Of a stretch of 64,000 nt of DNA, positions 24,331 through 37,556 are shown one piece after another. Under the pieces are notes generated by a model. That model ran no database searches, was not told where the DNA came from, and saw only the letters and a program-made list of their open reading frames with translations. Within the stretch, counting starts at the first letter, position 1. Each line of letters begins with the position of its first letter. Made by a program: the position numbers and the translations under genes. This DNA comes from Lepidodermella squamata (lineage: Eukaryota > Animalia > Gastrotricha), in the NCBI GenBank assembly GCA_047495785.1, contig JBLDXI010000010.1:2108001-2172000 (forward strand), written 5' to 3'.

Positions 24331-25522
24331 TTCAGAATATTAATTATTGATGAGTCTACGATCATAAAAATGGTGTTATATAAAACTTGGGGAATTCCTA
24401 ATTCAGTTGATCGATATTTAGCCAGTGTTTGTTTTAAGGAAAGGTTCGGTGTTTACACCTATTCACCTTATATGTACCTGAATTTATCTGTATAAAATGC
24501 GGAAAAAGAATATCGAAAGTAGCATTGCCTTCTTTCCCCAATCATTTAAAGCAGCTCATGAAATTTAAGTGAAAATAAACATCAGCAAATTTGGGCTGAG
24601 AATAGCCTAAAATTGCTCCAAAATAATGAAGATTTCCCAAAATAATTCAATAAATAAATCGCAGTTCACGTTTCATACAAGATGAAACTTCATAATGATA
24701 GTTTTACAGTCAAATTTGAGCGTCTCCTAGCGTTTATTTCCCAGAAATAGCCCCTGGAAATTTTAATCAGCAGTGTAATACCAACCGTGTAGCGCCATGT
24801 TTACTATCAAAGGTGCTAGAAAGAAATGGATGCACGAAGGACACGTGCGAGCGAAGCGATCAGAGAAATTTAGATCTTTCAGGTATTACAGGTCAAATTG
24901 AACTTTGAAAAATGTATTAGATGAGGGTTTACAAGTTTCCAGACCTAAGTGCTTCACAGGCATCGGCAGGTTTTAAATTCCGGTGTTTACACCAGCTATT
25001 TTCGGTGTTTACATTGTAAACCCTGTAAACCCCTTGAAAAAAACACTGATTTAGCGTAATTACCCCCTGAATGTCCGAATATCAGCAAACGGAAATGATC
25101 GCAAACTAAAGAGAAAGGAGGGGGGAGAAAAACGGGAATGAAAAGGAATCGCACATTTGTATCTTCGATTAGAAGTCCTGTCAGATGAGTCATATTAATT
25201 CGTCATTTATTGCGAGCACGCGACCGCTTCACGGCTCCATATTTTGCTTGAAAAAGCTGCGTGATTCATATTGCAGCACCGCATGGCGCAGCGCGGCTAT
25301 ATAGCATCTACCCATCCATATCGAAGAAATATTTCTTGACATAGTTTGACATTTTCTGATTAAAACAATTTACACATCGAAGGTCCATGGCTACAACTTT
25401 GGCCAGCACTACCAACGCAGATGATCTGAAATTGTGCTTTGCCAGCCAAACATTGTTCCAATAATTTGTTTTGCTTTCTTTTATTAGTTTTAATTTGATT
25501 TTCTTGCTCTTCATTCAGCATC

Positions 25523-26494
25523 ATGGGTCCCCGCCATAGCACTGTGTATCGAACCCCGCCAGAAGTTTTCGTAAGCTTCCCAATGCTTTCTTTACATTTG
25601 CCTTACTTTTTATACTAGGAATTGCTTCGAGAGCAGCAAGCTGCAATGAAGCAACTACAAACCAACATCACACAAGAAATCGACAAAGCTAAGAAGCAAG
25701 CGCTGATCGAAGAAAAGCAACGCCTCGAGGCCGAGAAAGAGGCGAAGCGCAAGCGAATGGAGGAGGAAATCAAGCGAAAAGCGAGAATCTTTGGCATCAA
25801 TCTCGACGACTTCAACTTTGCAATCATCGGAACAACCGGCGTTGGCAAGTCGACTCTCATCAACGCGTTGGTTCCGGGCGCGAATGCTCTCGTGAGCGTC
25901 GTCGAAGGCACAATGCAACCAGCACCTTATCGCAGCCGCAACGTCGTGTTATGGGACGTTCCTGGTTCGGCAACACAAAGGCATCCGGTCGCGAATTACT
26001 ACGCTGACAACTTTCTGTACCTGATGGATTCGCTGATCATTGTGACTGGCATTCGTTTGTCCCAATTCGACGTTGAGTTTGCGAAAGAAGCGATTCGATA
26101 TGACCAAAGTGTTGTTTTCGTGAGATCGAAGGCTGATGTGGATCTTGCCAATTATTACTACGTCAAGGAGAAGAAATATTGGGAAGACTGCCCGGCCAAC
26201 GACCGAAGACATGTAGCCGACGCCGTGAGCAGTGAAATTAAGAAGAACTACACAGGCCAATTTCAGGAATATGGCGTTGCGAATATGCGGGATGGCTCTG
26301 AGATTCCGTTTCATTTCATCAGTTCGCGGACTGTTGATGAAATCGTCAATGGCGTTGAAGCTACCCGACGCAAATGGCCGCCGTTGGATGAGGAGAAGCT
26401 GGTGATGGAGTTGTACGAACGGCTCAAGAGAGACGGTGCTTTGCAAAGTATTGAAAACTTCATTCTTCCCCGGTTTCTTGCTCCGGAAAACTAA
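25523..26494 (+). CDS. IRG-like GTPase type A (A2), exons 25523-25570, 25619-26494
   Basis: MGPRHSTVYRTPPEVF exon 1; all G motifs intact; close paralog of A1. Confidence 0.88.
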
Positions 26495-27602
26495 TTCAAG
26501 CGATTGACTTGTGACATTGAAGTTCATGTTTTGAGACCTTCATTTTTCGTTTCACTTTCATTACTTCGTCGTTTCTGTTCACTTTAATCTTGAATGTTTC
26601 AATAAAAATTGCAGGCTCGCCTCATTCTGATTTGTTTTGTGTTCACCTATTCCAACTTGTACGGCAATTTACAGAGGGAATTATAGTGGACACCTTCCAA
26701 TTCTGCCAAGAGTGAATTCATAAGAATTTGATTTAGCACCGAATTAAAGACGATTGATATACCGTAAATACCGGAATATAAAGGACTCCCTACTATTTTT
26801 TCCAAACGGTCCGAAAATCCCTCTCTTCAATTCAGGGCCTCTCTTTTATTTAGGGCCTCCCTAATATTTTTTCTTCGCCCAAAACAAACATTGGGCATCA
26901 CATAAAATGCCGCTAATCACCTTCAAATGAGAGGATTTTCATGGGCACATTATCAGGCCCGCCTACGTTACGGCTCTGCGCGCGCTCCTATTGGCCGGCC
27001 ATTTCGCGCACACTGTTACGCAACACACGCGCGCCGTAAGTGCGTGCGTGCACAACTGAATCAATTTTAACCCAAAAAAGTCGCGCATTTCGCATATATT
27101 CTATCAGATTTATAAAACATAATTTCAACCGAAAAAATCTTTATCTATCGATATAAAATGTGCATAGTAGGTATGAAAAATAAGCAAACGTGGCTAACTT
27201 TAGGACATATTTACAAGGCACACTCCGTGTTTTTCATGTGTTGTACGCTCATCGTACGCGTACGAGAGAGAATACAGCGCGCATACGACAAATCGCTGAA
27301 ATGCAACATACGAAGGCGCGCGCACACATCGAGCGGCTGCTTTGATCGCCGTAACAGTTTGCGCGCTCAAAAACACACTTTCAGCCAATAGCAAAGCAGA
27401 GTAGGTAAAAACGAATTTTCAAGCTTTTATTGTCACCGTTTGCTCTAATCATCATTGCCGAGTATAATTTTGCACGCGCTCACTATTATTTATGGTGTTA
27501 TTATTAATATTTACGCTTTTTAAACAAGCGATTATTATTAGCGATTATTTTTTTATAAAATACAAACTATTTGACGAGATTACTAGCTTAATCGAAGTAC
27601 GT

Positions 27603-29076
27603 TTAATGAAAAATGTGGTGTACGATGAGTTGGCGAAGCTGCTCGCGCCTGGCATGGCCGTCCTGGTTGTTGGGGCCTTGTTCAGGCACTTCGTTCATGT
27701 CGTCGGCGTCTTCTTGCTCTTGTGCGGCCAAGTTGGCCAAAAACTCGACGTCGTCCGCGTTTTGCATCGGATATTCGTCTTCGCCTAGAAGACCGATGTT
27801 GTGAAGGGCGCAACAGGCGAGGATGAAGCTGACGCAGCGTTCGATGTTGCGAAACTCGAGGACTGCGAGTCGCCGCCATTTGCATTTCAGCAGCCCAAAC
27901 GCTTGCTCAATAATGACCCGAGCTCGGCTGATGAGCTTGTTGAACCTTTCTTTCGAACGTCCAAGACGACCAATCCGTCGATAAGGCGTGATGCACCACG
28001 GTCGAAGCGTGTAGCCGCCATCAGCGATGAGGAATCCGTCGTCGCCATAAACAACCTACTCGAATAATACATTATAGGAAACGTTGAACTGTAGTTTCAT
28101 TTTCGAACCTGAGGAGTGTTTTCTGAAGCCAGTCCAAGAGGCGAATTTCGCAGAACACGGGCGTCATGGGCCGAGCCGAAAAAGCCGGCGTTTATGTCGA
28201 GGAAAACCATTCGCCGGTCACAGACAGCCTGCATAGAGATGCAGTGATATCCGTCCTTCCCTGAGTAGTAGCGCTCGGGCTGTTGCTTGCGTATCGGTCT
28301 GATGCGAATTTTCGTGACGTCGATCGCACCTCTCACATTCGGAATGTGGCTTTAGATTTGCAAACATTTTAGTAAAAAATCCGATTTTATTATATTTAAT
28401 ACAAATTTAGACTTTGTTAATTATTCATTAATAGAAATTTTTAAATCCAGAACTGCTTTACTAGAATTCCGATTATTCCTAAAATCGAGAACTATTTTAC
28501 TAATATTTTGATTTATTTTTCTAAAATTCATTTATTTTTCTAAATTTATTAAAAAAATTAACAAAATGAGAACTAGACTCACCACTCGTGAGAGAAGCCG
28601 TTAGAGACAAACGCGACGTCAGCAGGTGTTGAAGGCCATTTGATAAAATCGGACGAGAGGCGCGAAATTCGCGAAGATAGCTGCATGATGATACGAAATG
28701 CAGTTGATTGAGAAGTTCCAAATCGATCGGAGACGGTGCGCAAAGGTTCGGTATTAGCTGCATACCAAAGAAATAAATGTAGCTTTTTATTGAGAGACAT
28801 GGCCGAAAGTGGTTCGTCGATTTGTTGCTGCTCGAGCAGGTTCAAAATCCGGGCAACTGTTGGCCGGCGAAGACGAAAAGTCGCTCGAAATTGTTCGTCT
28901 GTCATGGCTTGAACCGTGATTTCGAAGAAGTTGTCGACAATTTGCCGGGGTACCCCTCGAACCCGTTCACGATCCAAGTCGGCTTGTGCCAGGAATAGTA
29001 GGAAATCTTCATCGTCATCAGATGATGATGAGTCGATCACCTCAAACAGAAAGTTCAAAACCCGAAGTTCATCCAT
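27603..29076 (-). CDS. HARBI1-like transposase of Harbinger 2 (3 exons)
   Basis: FRATFRL, HTH region, GAIDVTKI, CISMQAVCD, GSAHDARV, IADGGY, RVIIEQAFGLLKCKWRRL, CCALHN; introns ~28580-28350 and ~28108-28055. Confidence 0.8.
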
Positions 29077-29257
29077 GATGAAATTCTAACAAAAAAACAA
29101 AAAGCATATTTAGAACTAGATTGAAAAAAAGCCTTTTTAAGTTTATTATACGCCGAGTTGAAAAACGGCCGACAAGTAATAGTGTAGGATAATTCGCAAA
29201 GCAAATATACAAAACAGGTATACAAAACGAAACACAATTTTATCAAGATGACAGAGT

Positions 29258-30350
29258 TCAGTCTTTTTTGGGCGGGATTAACTGGGCGCCAAGTTCGCGG
29301 AACATTTTGAGCTTTTCCTCGTGGCGGCGATTTTTATCCTCGCGGCTAAGCCGCATATTTTCATTGATCGCCTCGGCGATTAGCGACGAAACTGAAGGTC
29401 GCTTGAGCTTGTCGACCTTGGGTGTATCAGGGCCAGATGAGCTCACCGAGCTAGCAACGCTATCGCATCGTACCGGTTCAGCTTTCTGAAAACAGCAAAA
29501 ATCAGTAAGTAATATTTTCAATAAATTTCGAAGAATTTGACGATTAATTTGATGAAAATTAACTAACCTTTTCGATTTTGGCTTGGAAACCAGCACTGAT
29601 AACGACTTCGGGATCCAGCTCCTTATCACCCATGACGCGCTGGAACCACTCCATGTTCGCCATCTTCTTGGTCTTCGTGCCGCTAGTGTGTCGATTGTGG
29701 TCACGGACCACTCGATAACGTGACATCAAGTTGCGAAATTTTCCTGCTACGTCGGCGCCGGTAGTTTTCAGTCCATAGTTCAGGTTGAGGCCATCCGAAA
29801 TCAGCTTGTAACCGGCGTTCGGGTTCTTCAGCTTGCCGCTGAACTTGCCCAAATTATCTTCGTAAAGGCCGAGTAAGGCCTTCGTGACTTCCTCCCGCTG
29901 TCTCTTCGTCGATCCAAATAAAAAGAGTGACGTAACAGCTGTCGCCTCGACTTCTTCTTCGGTTTCGACCTCGGTATCGGTAGTGTCACCTTCGGTTCGC
30001 TGGCGGGTAGTTTTCGGCTTTTTTGACTTCGATGCTTTGGCGCGTCGTTTCGGCTTTGCTTCGGTGGCGGCTACGGCTGGCTGAGGCTGAAGCTCAGGTT
30101 GTAGCAATCTCGGCGTTTGAGACTGCTGAGTTGCAGGTTGCGGCGGTAAGAATTGGTAAGAATTCGGGACTTGCGAATGCGAAGCACCATGTTGGAAAAA
30201 ATCGGCTGGCGGCAAGTTTTGGTATAAACCCGCCGAATACATTGAAGGGAAAGGTGATTGATGATTCAGAGAAGATGCCATCATGCCAAGCGTACGAAAA
30301 ATAGCTGCCAATTCCTCAGGCGTTAATTTGGCCAAAATTGAATGATTCAT
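29258..30350 (-). CDS. Myb/SANT-like accessory protein of Harbinger 2, exons 30350-29568, 29485-29258
   Basis: TKALLGLYEDN...YKLISDGL...VAGKFRNLMSRY...WFQRVM, C-terminal coiled coil RRHEEKLKMFREL; phase-0 GT-AG intron. Confidence 0.72.
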
Positions 30351-31876
30351 ATCAAAAGCAAATTGCAATCAAATTCGGCAATGAAAGTGCAATTATTCGT
30401 CGTCAAACCTTACCTGAACTTTCGCGCCTTTTCAAATTATTAACGCTTGATCAACTTCATGGTCGGGCGGTGTAATTTTACCATTTTACCCCTTTTCTTT
30501 CTCTTCAATTACCTCGGTATAGGCGGTTCCGCCAAGGGTTCCGCTCGGCTTTTGCGCACTGCTGTGAGCGCTTAGATGAGTGCGCGGTGATAAGGCGCGT
30601 CGTACGCGCGCGCTCGTACGCCCCCCTAGGCGTACGACGAAAACTGCATCGTACGTACAACTTTTCCGTCGTACGTACGACGCACATACGACGCGCTGAA
30701 ATACAGAATACGACGAAAAGTGTGCGCGCATCATCGTACGTACAACACATGAAAAACACGGGCACACTCGCCCAAGTCGTGCGCACTGTTATTTATCGCT
30801 AATTTTACCGCGCGCGCAGTTGTCAAAGAGTAACTTAAACTTTTTGTGGCGGCTTTTATGCCAGAATGAAGAGAATTTAATCCCCTATCGATTGAATATA
30901 GGGTTCTCGCTCGAAAAACTGAAAGGGAAAAAGTTTTACGTGCACTGAAAAATTAGGGCGGGTGACCTCACGCGAGCGCACCACCAAGTAAAAATTGTGC
31001 ACGTCAAATGTTTAATTCCCAAATTTCAATCGTAACAAATCTATATTCAATCGATAGAGAATTCAATTTACTTCAATTCGATGTAAAAGCCGACGTGAAA
31101 TTCATAGATTGCCTTTTGATTTCAGTTCAAAATGAGCTGACCAATAGGAGCGCGCGCAGAGCCGTAACGTAGGCGGGCCTGAAAATGTGCTTTTCATGGA
31201 GTTAATGCCTCGCACTATGTAGTCGGGCCACGTTTCCTTCGAGTTTCCCTTAAGCTGTATATGCAAACAAGATAAAGAGGGATTAAGGTGAACAGCTAAT
31301 TTAAACTAGCGCACGCATTTCCAGGTGGCGTCAAGGTTGTTGGCATAAGACCCTCTCTACAATTTAGGTCCTCCCTTTAATTATTTCAAATGCCTCGCAA
31401 CCCTCTCTACTAAATAGGTCCTCCCTTCTAATTAGGTCCACACTTATAATTCGGTATTTACGGTATAATACAATAATATTAGTTTTATTTAGCCTCTTCT
31501 AGGACCCGAACATTCCCACCATTTAACGATGATATAAAGAAAAAACATAGACAACTCGATACAGATCGGAAAGTAACGATCTTCCTATAGTAAATTAATT
31601 TCACACCAAAACGTGAAAAAGTGGGCACGCGACCTTTATTTTCATTCACTCATCGCCCCATCCGCCCATTGTAATTTTTTCGATTTTTAATTATTTTCAA
31701 AAATTCTCAGAGAAAACGTTTCATTTCCCAAAAATTCCAAACAAATTTTCCGGAATACTAGAAGCGCTCCTCTATCGAATGAGTCCTGTTTCATGAGACG
31801 GTTTTTTCAATTGTCTCAAAGTTGGTCACTTTTACCTTTACGAAAAATCGCCATTTTAAGAGCCTTTCCGGGCGGT

Positions 31877-32182
31877 AAATTTGTTTATTTTACACCGAAA
31901 AATTCCGAGAAAAATACTATGATCAAAATTTGTTTTGAATTTCGCGAAATTTTCATGTACGTAATATTGTGACTTCGTGTGATAATATTTTTCTAATTAT
32001 AGCTATTAGGTTTTTTTTTGCTCATTCAGAGTATTATCACGCGAACGCCATGTACATGACAATTTCGCGAAATTCAAAACAAATTATGATTTGCTCATGT
32101 TTAATATCGGTGGATAGCGCAAAAATCAAATAACGTCATAGTATTTTTCTCGGAATTTTTCAGTGTAAAATAAACAAGTTTA
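31877..32182. repeat. Palindromic MITE (paralog of 21791-22016)
   Basis: ttgtttattttacac.gaaaa.ttccgagaaaaatactatga ... tcatagtatttttctcggaatttttcagtgtaaaataaacaa. Confidence 0.7.
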
Positions 32183-32453
32183 GCACTTGTTGAAAAATTT
32201 GAAAACTTTGAAAAATAATTAACAATTTAAATTATTGTTAAACAAAAACAGCATCATTCCTCTGAATCTCCTATCATTTATTCGAAAATCATAGGCCATA
32301 GGGTTCAAGAAAGAGAAAAGCACATTTGAGTTCGATGAACTGAAGCTGAAAGAAGAAGAGGCACCACAACTCACCGAATCTCAACGCAGAACTGGCTTGG
32401 AAGATGAATGATTTCAAAGCAGGGGCTCAGGCAAATAGATCACTCTTGCATGT

Positions 32454-33466
32454 TCATGCTGACGCGGGCAGCTCGAACTCATCGATGGAGACTCCTCTGT
32501 TGCGGCGAGTTCCATCGACCAGACACTGCAGGAACACCTGCTCGTCGATGATCGGGTACCGGTGCCCAGATGCGGCTTCGAAATCCAACATTCGCTGCAG
32601 CGCCCGGCCGCTGATGTAGTAGAACTTCGCCGAGCCAAGTCCGCTGTCGAAAAGCTGGCTTTCGTAGTTGGATTTGACCCGATGCGCGACGTCATTTGCC
32701 AAAAGCTGGCGGGTCGATTCGTCAAGTTCGGAAAACTTCTTCCCACCACGATTTTCGTGCGCCTCATTTTCCAGATCGATATCCGACTTGGAACGAACGA
32801 AAATGCACTCCTGGCCCATTTTTTTCGCCTGTAGCCCGTATTCAATGTCGAACTGTGACAGCCGGTTGCCAGTCACGATAATCAACGCGTCCATGAAGTA
32901 CAGAAAGTTATCCAGGTAGTACTTGCCAACTGGATGCTTCAGGGTCATGGCTCCAGGGTGGTCCCAGAAAACAAACGACGGGTTGAAGTAGCTCTTGTAC
33001 TGTGATGGCGCCTCCGTCGTCTCAACAACTCCAACAGCTACGTTTTGGCGAAGAAACGCATTCAGCAGCGTCGATTTGCCGTTGCCGGATCCGCCGATGA
33101 TCGCAAAGTTGAACTTGCTTGTGTCGAGATTGTGCGATTTCGCCTTCTGCCGAAGTTCCTCCTGAGCGCGTTGTCGCTCGGCCTCCAGTGCCGCCAGCTT
33201 ATCCTTTTTCTCTTCTTCAAGCCGCTGAGTGACTTCTCTATCTTTGCTAACGTGCATCATCAACTGCAGCTGTTCCAACTGCTGCTTCATTTCCATAAGC
33301 TGCGGCGCCATGTCCTATGCACAGAAGTGCATACTCTGGCTTGAATGCGGAGATATGAATAAAGACTTACCACGACTTGAACAGGGGCTCTAGATTCTGA
33401 GCGTGGCACCAACTGTTTGACTATATCCACCACGGCGGGGATAACTACGCTTTTGAAAACGTCCAT
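32454..33466 (-). CDS. IRG-like GTPase type B (B3), exons 33466-33371, 33314-32454 (~318 aa, intact)
   Basis: Exon 1 MDVFKSVVIPAVVDIVKQLVPRSESRAPVQVV with GTAAGT donor; G1 GGSGNGKS, GVVETT, FWDHPG, FVRSKSD. Confidence 0.88.
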
Positions 33467-33989
33467 TTTGTAATCAATGGTCTAAACATCGAAAAGGCAA
33501 AGTTTTGTTTTTGTTCATAAGCATATTTGACCGAAAGAAAATATTTTTTATTTATTTTGCGAGCCAATTTTTATGGCAATTTGCCTCTTAAAATATGAAA
33601 CTGAGCTCTTTGAAGCCGGTTTTTTTTAAATGGGAAGAAGTTTTAGGTCTCCCTACTCCCTACAGCTGTAACTCGGATGAGAATTTTTGGATTCAGGGAA
33701 CATGAAATAAAAGCAAAATGTATATTTTTTATTAATATAGGACGAAAATTGCAAATTTTTCATAACTCATAACTCATAAATGCCTCAACTACTAGGCTCC
33801 TACCCCTTTGCACAATAAGGAAGGTATTTGTTCGTGTCTGCCACGTGAGCATGGTCCAGTGGCGAAAAATCGGAAGCCTGATAACATATCAACTGACAAG
33901 CAATGAAGCTTCCAGATTTTTCTTTCAGTTCTTTGCAAAGTAGGAGGGCCGGTTAGGGGCAAAAGCGGCCTATTATGATTGAAACTGAC

Positions 33990-35886
33990 TGGGTGGTATT
34001 CTCGAAGCAGTTTACATTTAAACCAAGTTTTATAAGACCAAACCAAAAACATTTTCGGTCTGAACAAGACCAAGAGCTTATTCTTGCGTATATAAAACGA
34101 GTTCAGTTTCTGATCGGGGATTAACTGTAGACTTTATTAGACTAATTAGGTTGCGTAACAATCACGTTAAAATTACGGAAAATTAAGAAAAATTACACAG
34201 TATAAATTCGAAATTGGAATTTGGAACTTGTTGCGCTCCCGTTTTTGTAGTACGGAGGGGCGGCGCAGCCTGGTTCAGTTTTACGTTGGGGAGCATTTTC
34301 TCTTAGTATCGGCTAACCCGAGCCTTGGCCCTTGGCCAAAAATCGAAAAATTGGCTAATTAATATCAGATTAATTTCCGGCTGTCTCTAATTTAATAATG
34401 CGATCCTTTCAATTCGATTCAAGTTAATTGATTTTCATGAAAGCCCTGAGAAATTCCAAATTATTACCCTTTATCGAACCTCTGGCTGCTCGGGAAAATG
34501 ACTGCCGTACCGAATTAGCTTGAGATTCAGTCATGGATAGAAGAGAACATTTCTGGATTTTTACGCCACATTCAGACATACCGTGGCAGTGTAAATTGGC
34601 CGTTTTAGTCATGAAAGTTTTAATTTCACTGGCAAATCAATCAATTATCGATTTCTTGGAGGTAGAAGCGGCCGGGTCGAAATTGAGTAGCTTGACTAAC
34701 CCGAGAGACAACATAGCCGCATTTGTTTCACTCGATGAAACGAACCATCTGGCATAAACTAACAATATTTTGTGGCTCGCCAATCCACATTTTTTCGCAC
34801 ATTTTACACGTAAAAATCGGCAAGGTTACAGGTTACCCCATGAGTTTCAGGTAAACCAGCCCATTTGGTTGCGGCAGTCGATTGCCACCAATCTCAGCCT
34901 GAAATTTATCCCTCATCTACCTTAAATTTAGCAGTTTTGAAGAAAGAAAAATGCAGGTTGTAGCGCTAATATCTACGAAAAAATTATTGTCAGAAAAATA
35001 AGGTAAAATTTCTTGATTTAATTAGCGAAAAGGTGAAATTATTTGCCAATGAAAACGAAGGCTACTCGTGATGAATCCGCAAAAGGCACTAATCGTTTCA
35101 TGGGAGAATTAACCAATTCAAATCGACTGCTTTTAAATGAATAATTGGTCAACTGTTTTCTAATTTTATAGCCACGCAAGAAATCCCTTAAAAAACTCTG
35201 CTGTATAGATTTATGTAATTCCCATGTAGCAACGCGGGTGAATAAAGTATTGGAATATGCAAATTAATCAGGCATCTAAAGTTACGCTCACCAGAAGAGG
35301 TGGTTTCATAGTTTTTCATGACATTTGTTTTTCGCTAATGCGTAAAGTTTCATCGCCTTAGAACCTGTCCTCATTCTTAGCCTTAGTCTTGTATCGGTAT
35401 AGAGTACTCGTTACTTCATCTATGCTAACTGAACTGGTCCCTGGTCCGTATATTCACGCGGGACTAGTCGTGGGTTCTAATATCACTTTTAGAACTCGGG
35501 TTTCAGTTTTCTCGTTCATGAGAAGCTGAAACCTGATTTTTCTAGAAAATAAACTCCAAATGTGTAGACCTGGTAGGATGCAGGTCTACAGCTCATGGGT
35601 AAATTTGGACTGAACAGGCGGTTTTAACGAGGGGTTTGAAACAGTTCGGTTTTAAAATTTAAAACTTGGTTTTAAAGAAAGCCATCCATCGCCGGATTAA
35701 CAGCTATTTTAGCCGTTTGTCCCAACTTCTGTGTTTCATAACAATTGAATGTACCAAAAGAACAATCGACAAAAATTCGTGGACAATCCTAAAGCCAAAT
35801 GCTAATTTGATTTGGTCTAAATGAAACCAGGTCTATACCCAGTTTGGTCTTAACATCAATAAAACCGCTTCGAGAATACCACCCAC
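33990..35886. mobile_element. Possible non-autonomous TIR element
   Basis: tgggtggtattctcgaagc ... gcttcgagaataccaccca inverted 19-mers; no ORF. Confidence 0.45.
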
Positions 35887-36879
35887 TGGAACTAATTTTT
35901 ATTGAAAGATAGGTAGCAGTCTGAAGTTCCAGAATTAATTAATTGTGACAGGGCACTTCAGAGCAGGTGTAAAAATTACCTTCATACCTTGTTTTTGTGT
36001 CAAGACATTCACGAACATACAAAATTCTTACATCAAACGACTCGAAATTAGGCAATGAATCCGTCAAGAAAAGTAGGTTCGGCTACGGCAAAGTCTTTAA
36101 AAAATTGAAAAAATCGCGTTCTCTATCAAAAAATTCAGATTTTCGCAAGTTTTTCACCTAATTTTTTTAATTCACCATTATTATTAAAATTATTAACAAA
36201 AACTAATAATAGTGTTTCATCTTTGTTTTACTGTATATTTTCGTTAGGCCCAATCTATCGGTAGCTAACTCAAACCCTTTTTAAGACATGGATTACCATC
36301 TTTGCCCGCCTCTTTTTTATAACTTGTTCGGAGTTGTTCAGCTGAAAATGCTTAAAACAGGTCAACAAAGGGGTCAAATCGAATTGTTCGAATGTGACGA
36401 AAGCGATCGTGCCGGACTGGGATGGCCCTAATAGTTCGAAATGAGATCCACGCCCCATTTCCCTGATTTTATGGTAATTTTGAAAATCTTCGACAATGGT
36501 CCGGTCCTGGATTTATTCCAACTGCACCACGCGCTTCGGTCACACGGGCTTACACAAAGGTTAAGTCTGGAATCATCAGTTGTTTTTGAATTTTTTTCTG
36601 GGCGGAATTCTTTCAAATTCTCAGAAAATCAGAAAAAAATCATTCAAGATCGCTTCAAGTATCAGTATGTGGATCTCAATTCAAACTATTTGAACCATGC
36701 AAAAACTGGTTCAATTTCGACCTAAATAATGAAATTAATTTCTTTTATTTATAACAACGAAATCACCTTTTTTTCAAGATTTAAGTGAAAAATTAAAAAG
36801 AAATAACAGTTGTGTCCATCGTAATTTTAAATATTTGGAACCATCAATCAATCTTAAAAAAATCGAAATGGCCATGGAA

Positions 36880-37110
36880 CCAATAATGCCGGGTGAAACC
36901 CGGTACTATACTGTCAAAATTGCCTGTCCGTCCGTCTGTCCGTCCGTCCGTCTGTCCGTCCGTCTGAAGCCGCGCACGCGCGCACTTGACCCGCACACCT
37001 TCAATAAAATGCCCTGCGCGCACAAGAAAAATAATAGGGATGGCACGCACATTATTTATTTCCCCGAAATTTTTCGATTGCTCCACAACTGCGATGAATT
37101 TTTTTATGCG
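36880..37110 (+). mobile_element. DINE/Helentron-like repeat remnant
   Basis: Short hairpin ccgggtgaaacccgg followed by a (GTCY)n microsatellite at ~36924-36965. Confidence 0.4.
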
Positions 37111-37556
37111 GTTTTCAGCAAATGATAGGTCTAATCTGTGGTCAAAATTCCAGAAAAGTTTGTTTGAAAGGGCTGTGGGCAAAAAAACTGGCAAACGAAA
37201 TGCGCTCATAGTATTTCTTCGTTATTCATAATAAACATCGGCATAAAATCGGCGATAGTTAACTGTTGTTAGCTAATCGTTGGAGCCATTATCATCGTAT
37301 CATCATCATTTGTATTCGTAAATTGATATTTCCAGGATTAGAAGGGCAGTCTACTTACAATAATCCGATTGGTTACAAAATTCCAGCATGCTACTTACTT
37401 ATTGAGCTCCCTTGGCAGAACTTGGAAAAATTTCACGCACACGATCAAGATTTTTTTTAATGATAAATAATATTATTATCATCATGATAGCAGTTTATCA
37501 TCTTAATTCTACATAATAGTTGAGAATAAGCTGGTAAGCAGTAGTGACTCTATGTA

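Larger units (their letters stand above)
27226..30760 (-). mobile_element. PIF/Harbinger-like transposon 2 (inner layer)
   Basis: TIR cgtgtttttcatgtgttgtacg; flanking direct repeat ggcacactc at 27217-27225 and 30761-30769; cgtacg-rich subterminal repeats; two genes. Confidence 0.8.
26945..31190. mobile_element. Mutator-like non-autonomous element (middle layer)
   Basis: TIR gcacatt(a/t)tcaggcccgcctacgttacggctctgcgcgcgctcctattgg; 9-bp TSD ttttcatgg at 26936-26944 and 31191-31199. Confidence 0.8.
26762..31463. mobile_element. Tc2/pogo-type non-autonomous element (outer layer of a nest)
   Basis: ccgtaaatacc... / ...ggtatttacgg TIRs with TA TSD; empty site gattgatatataat at ~17275. Confidence 0.75.
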
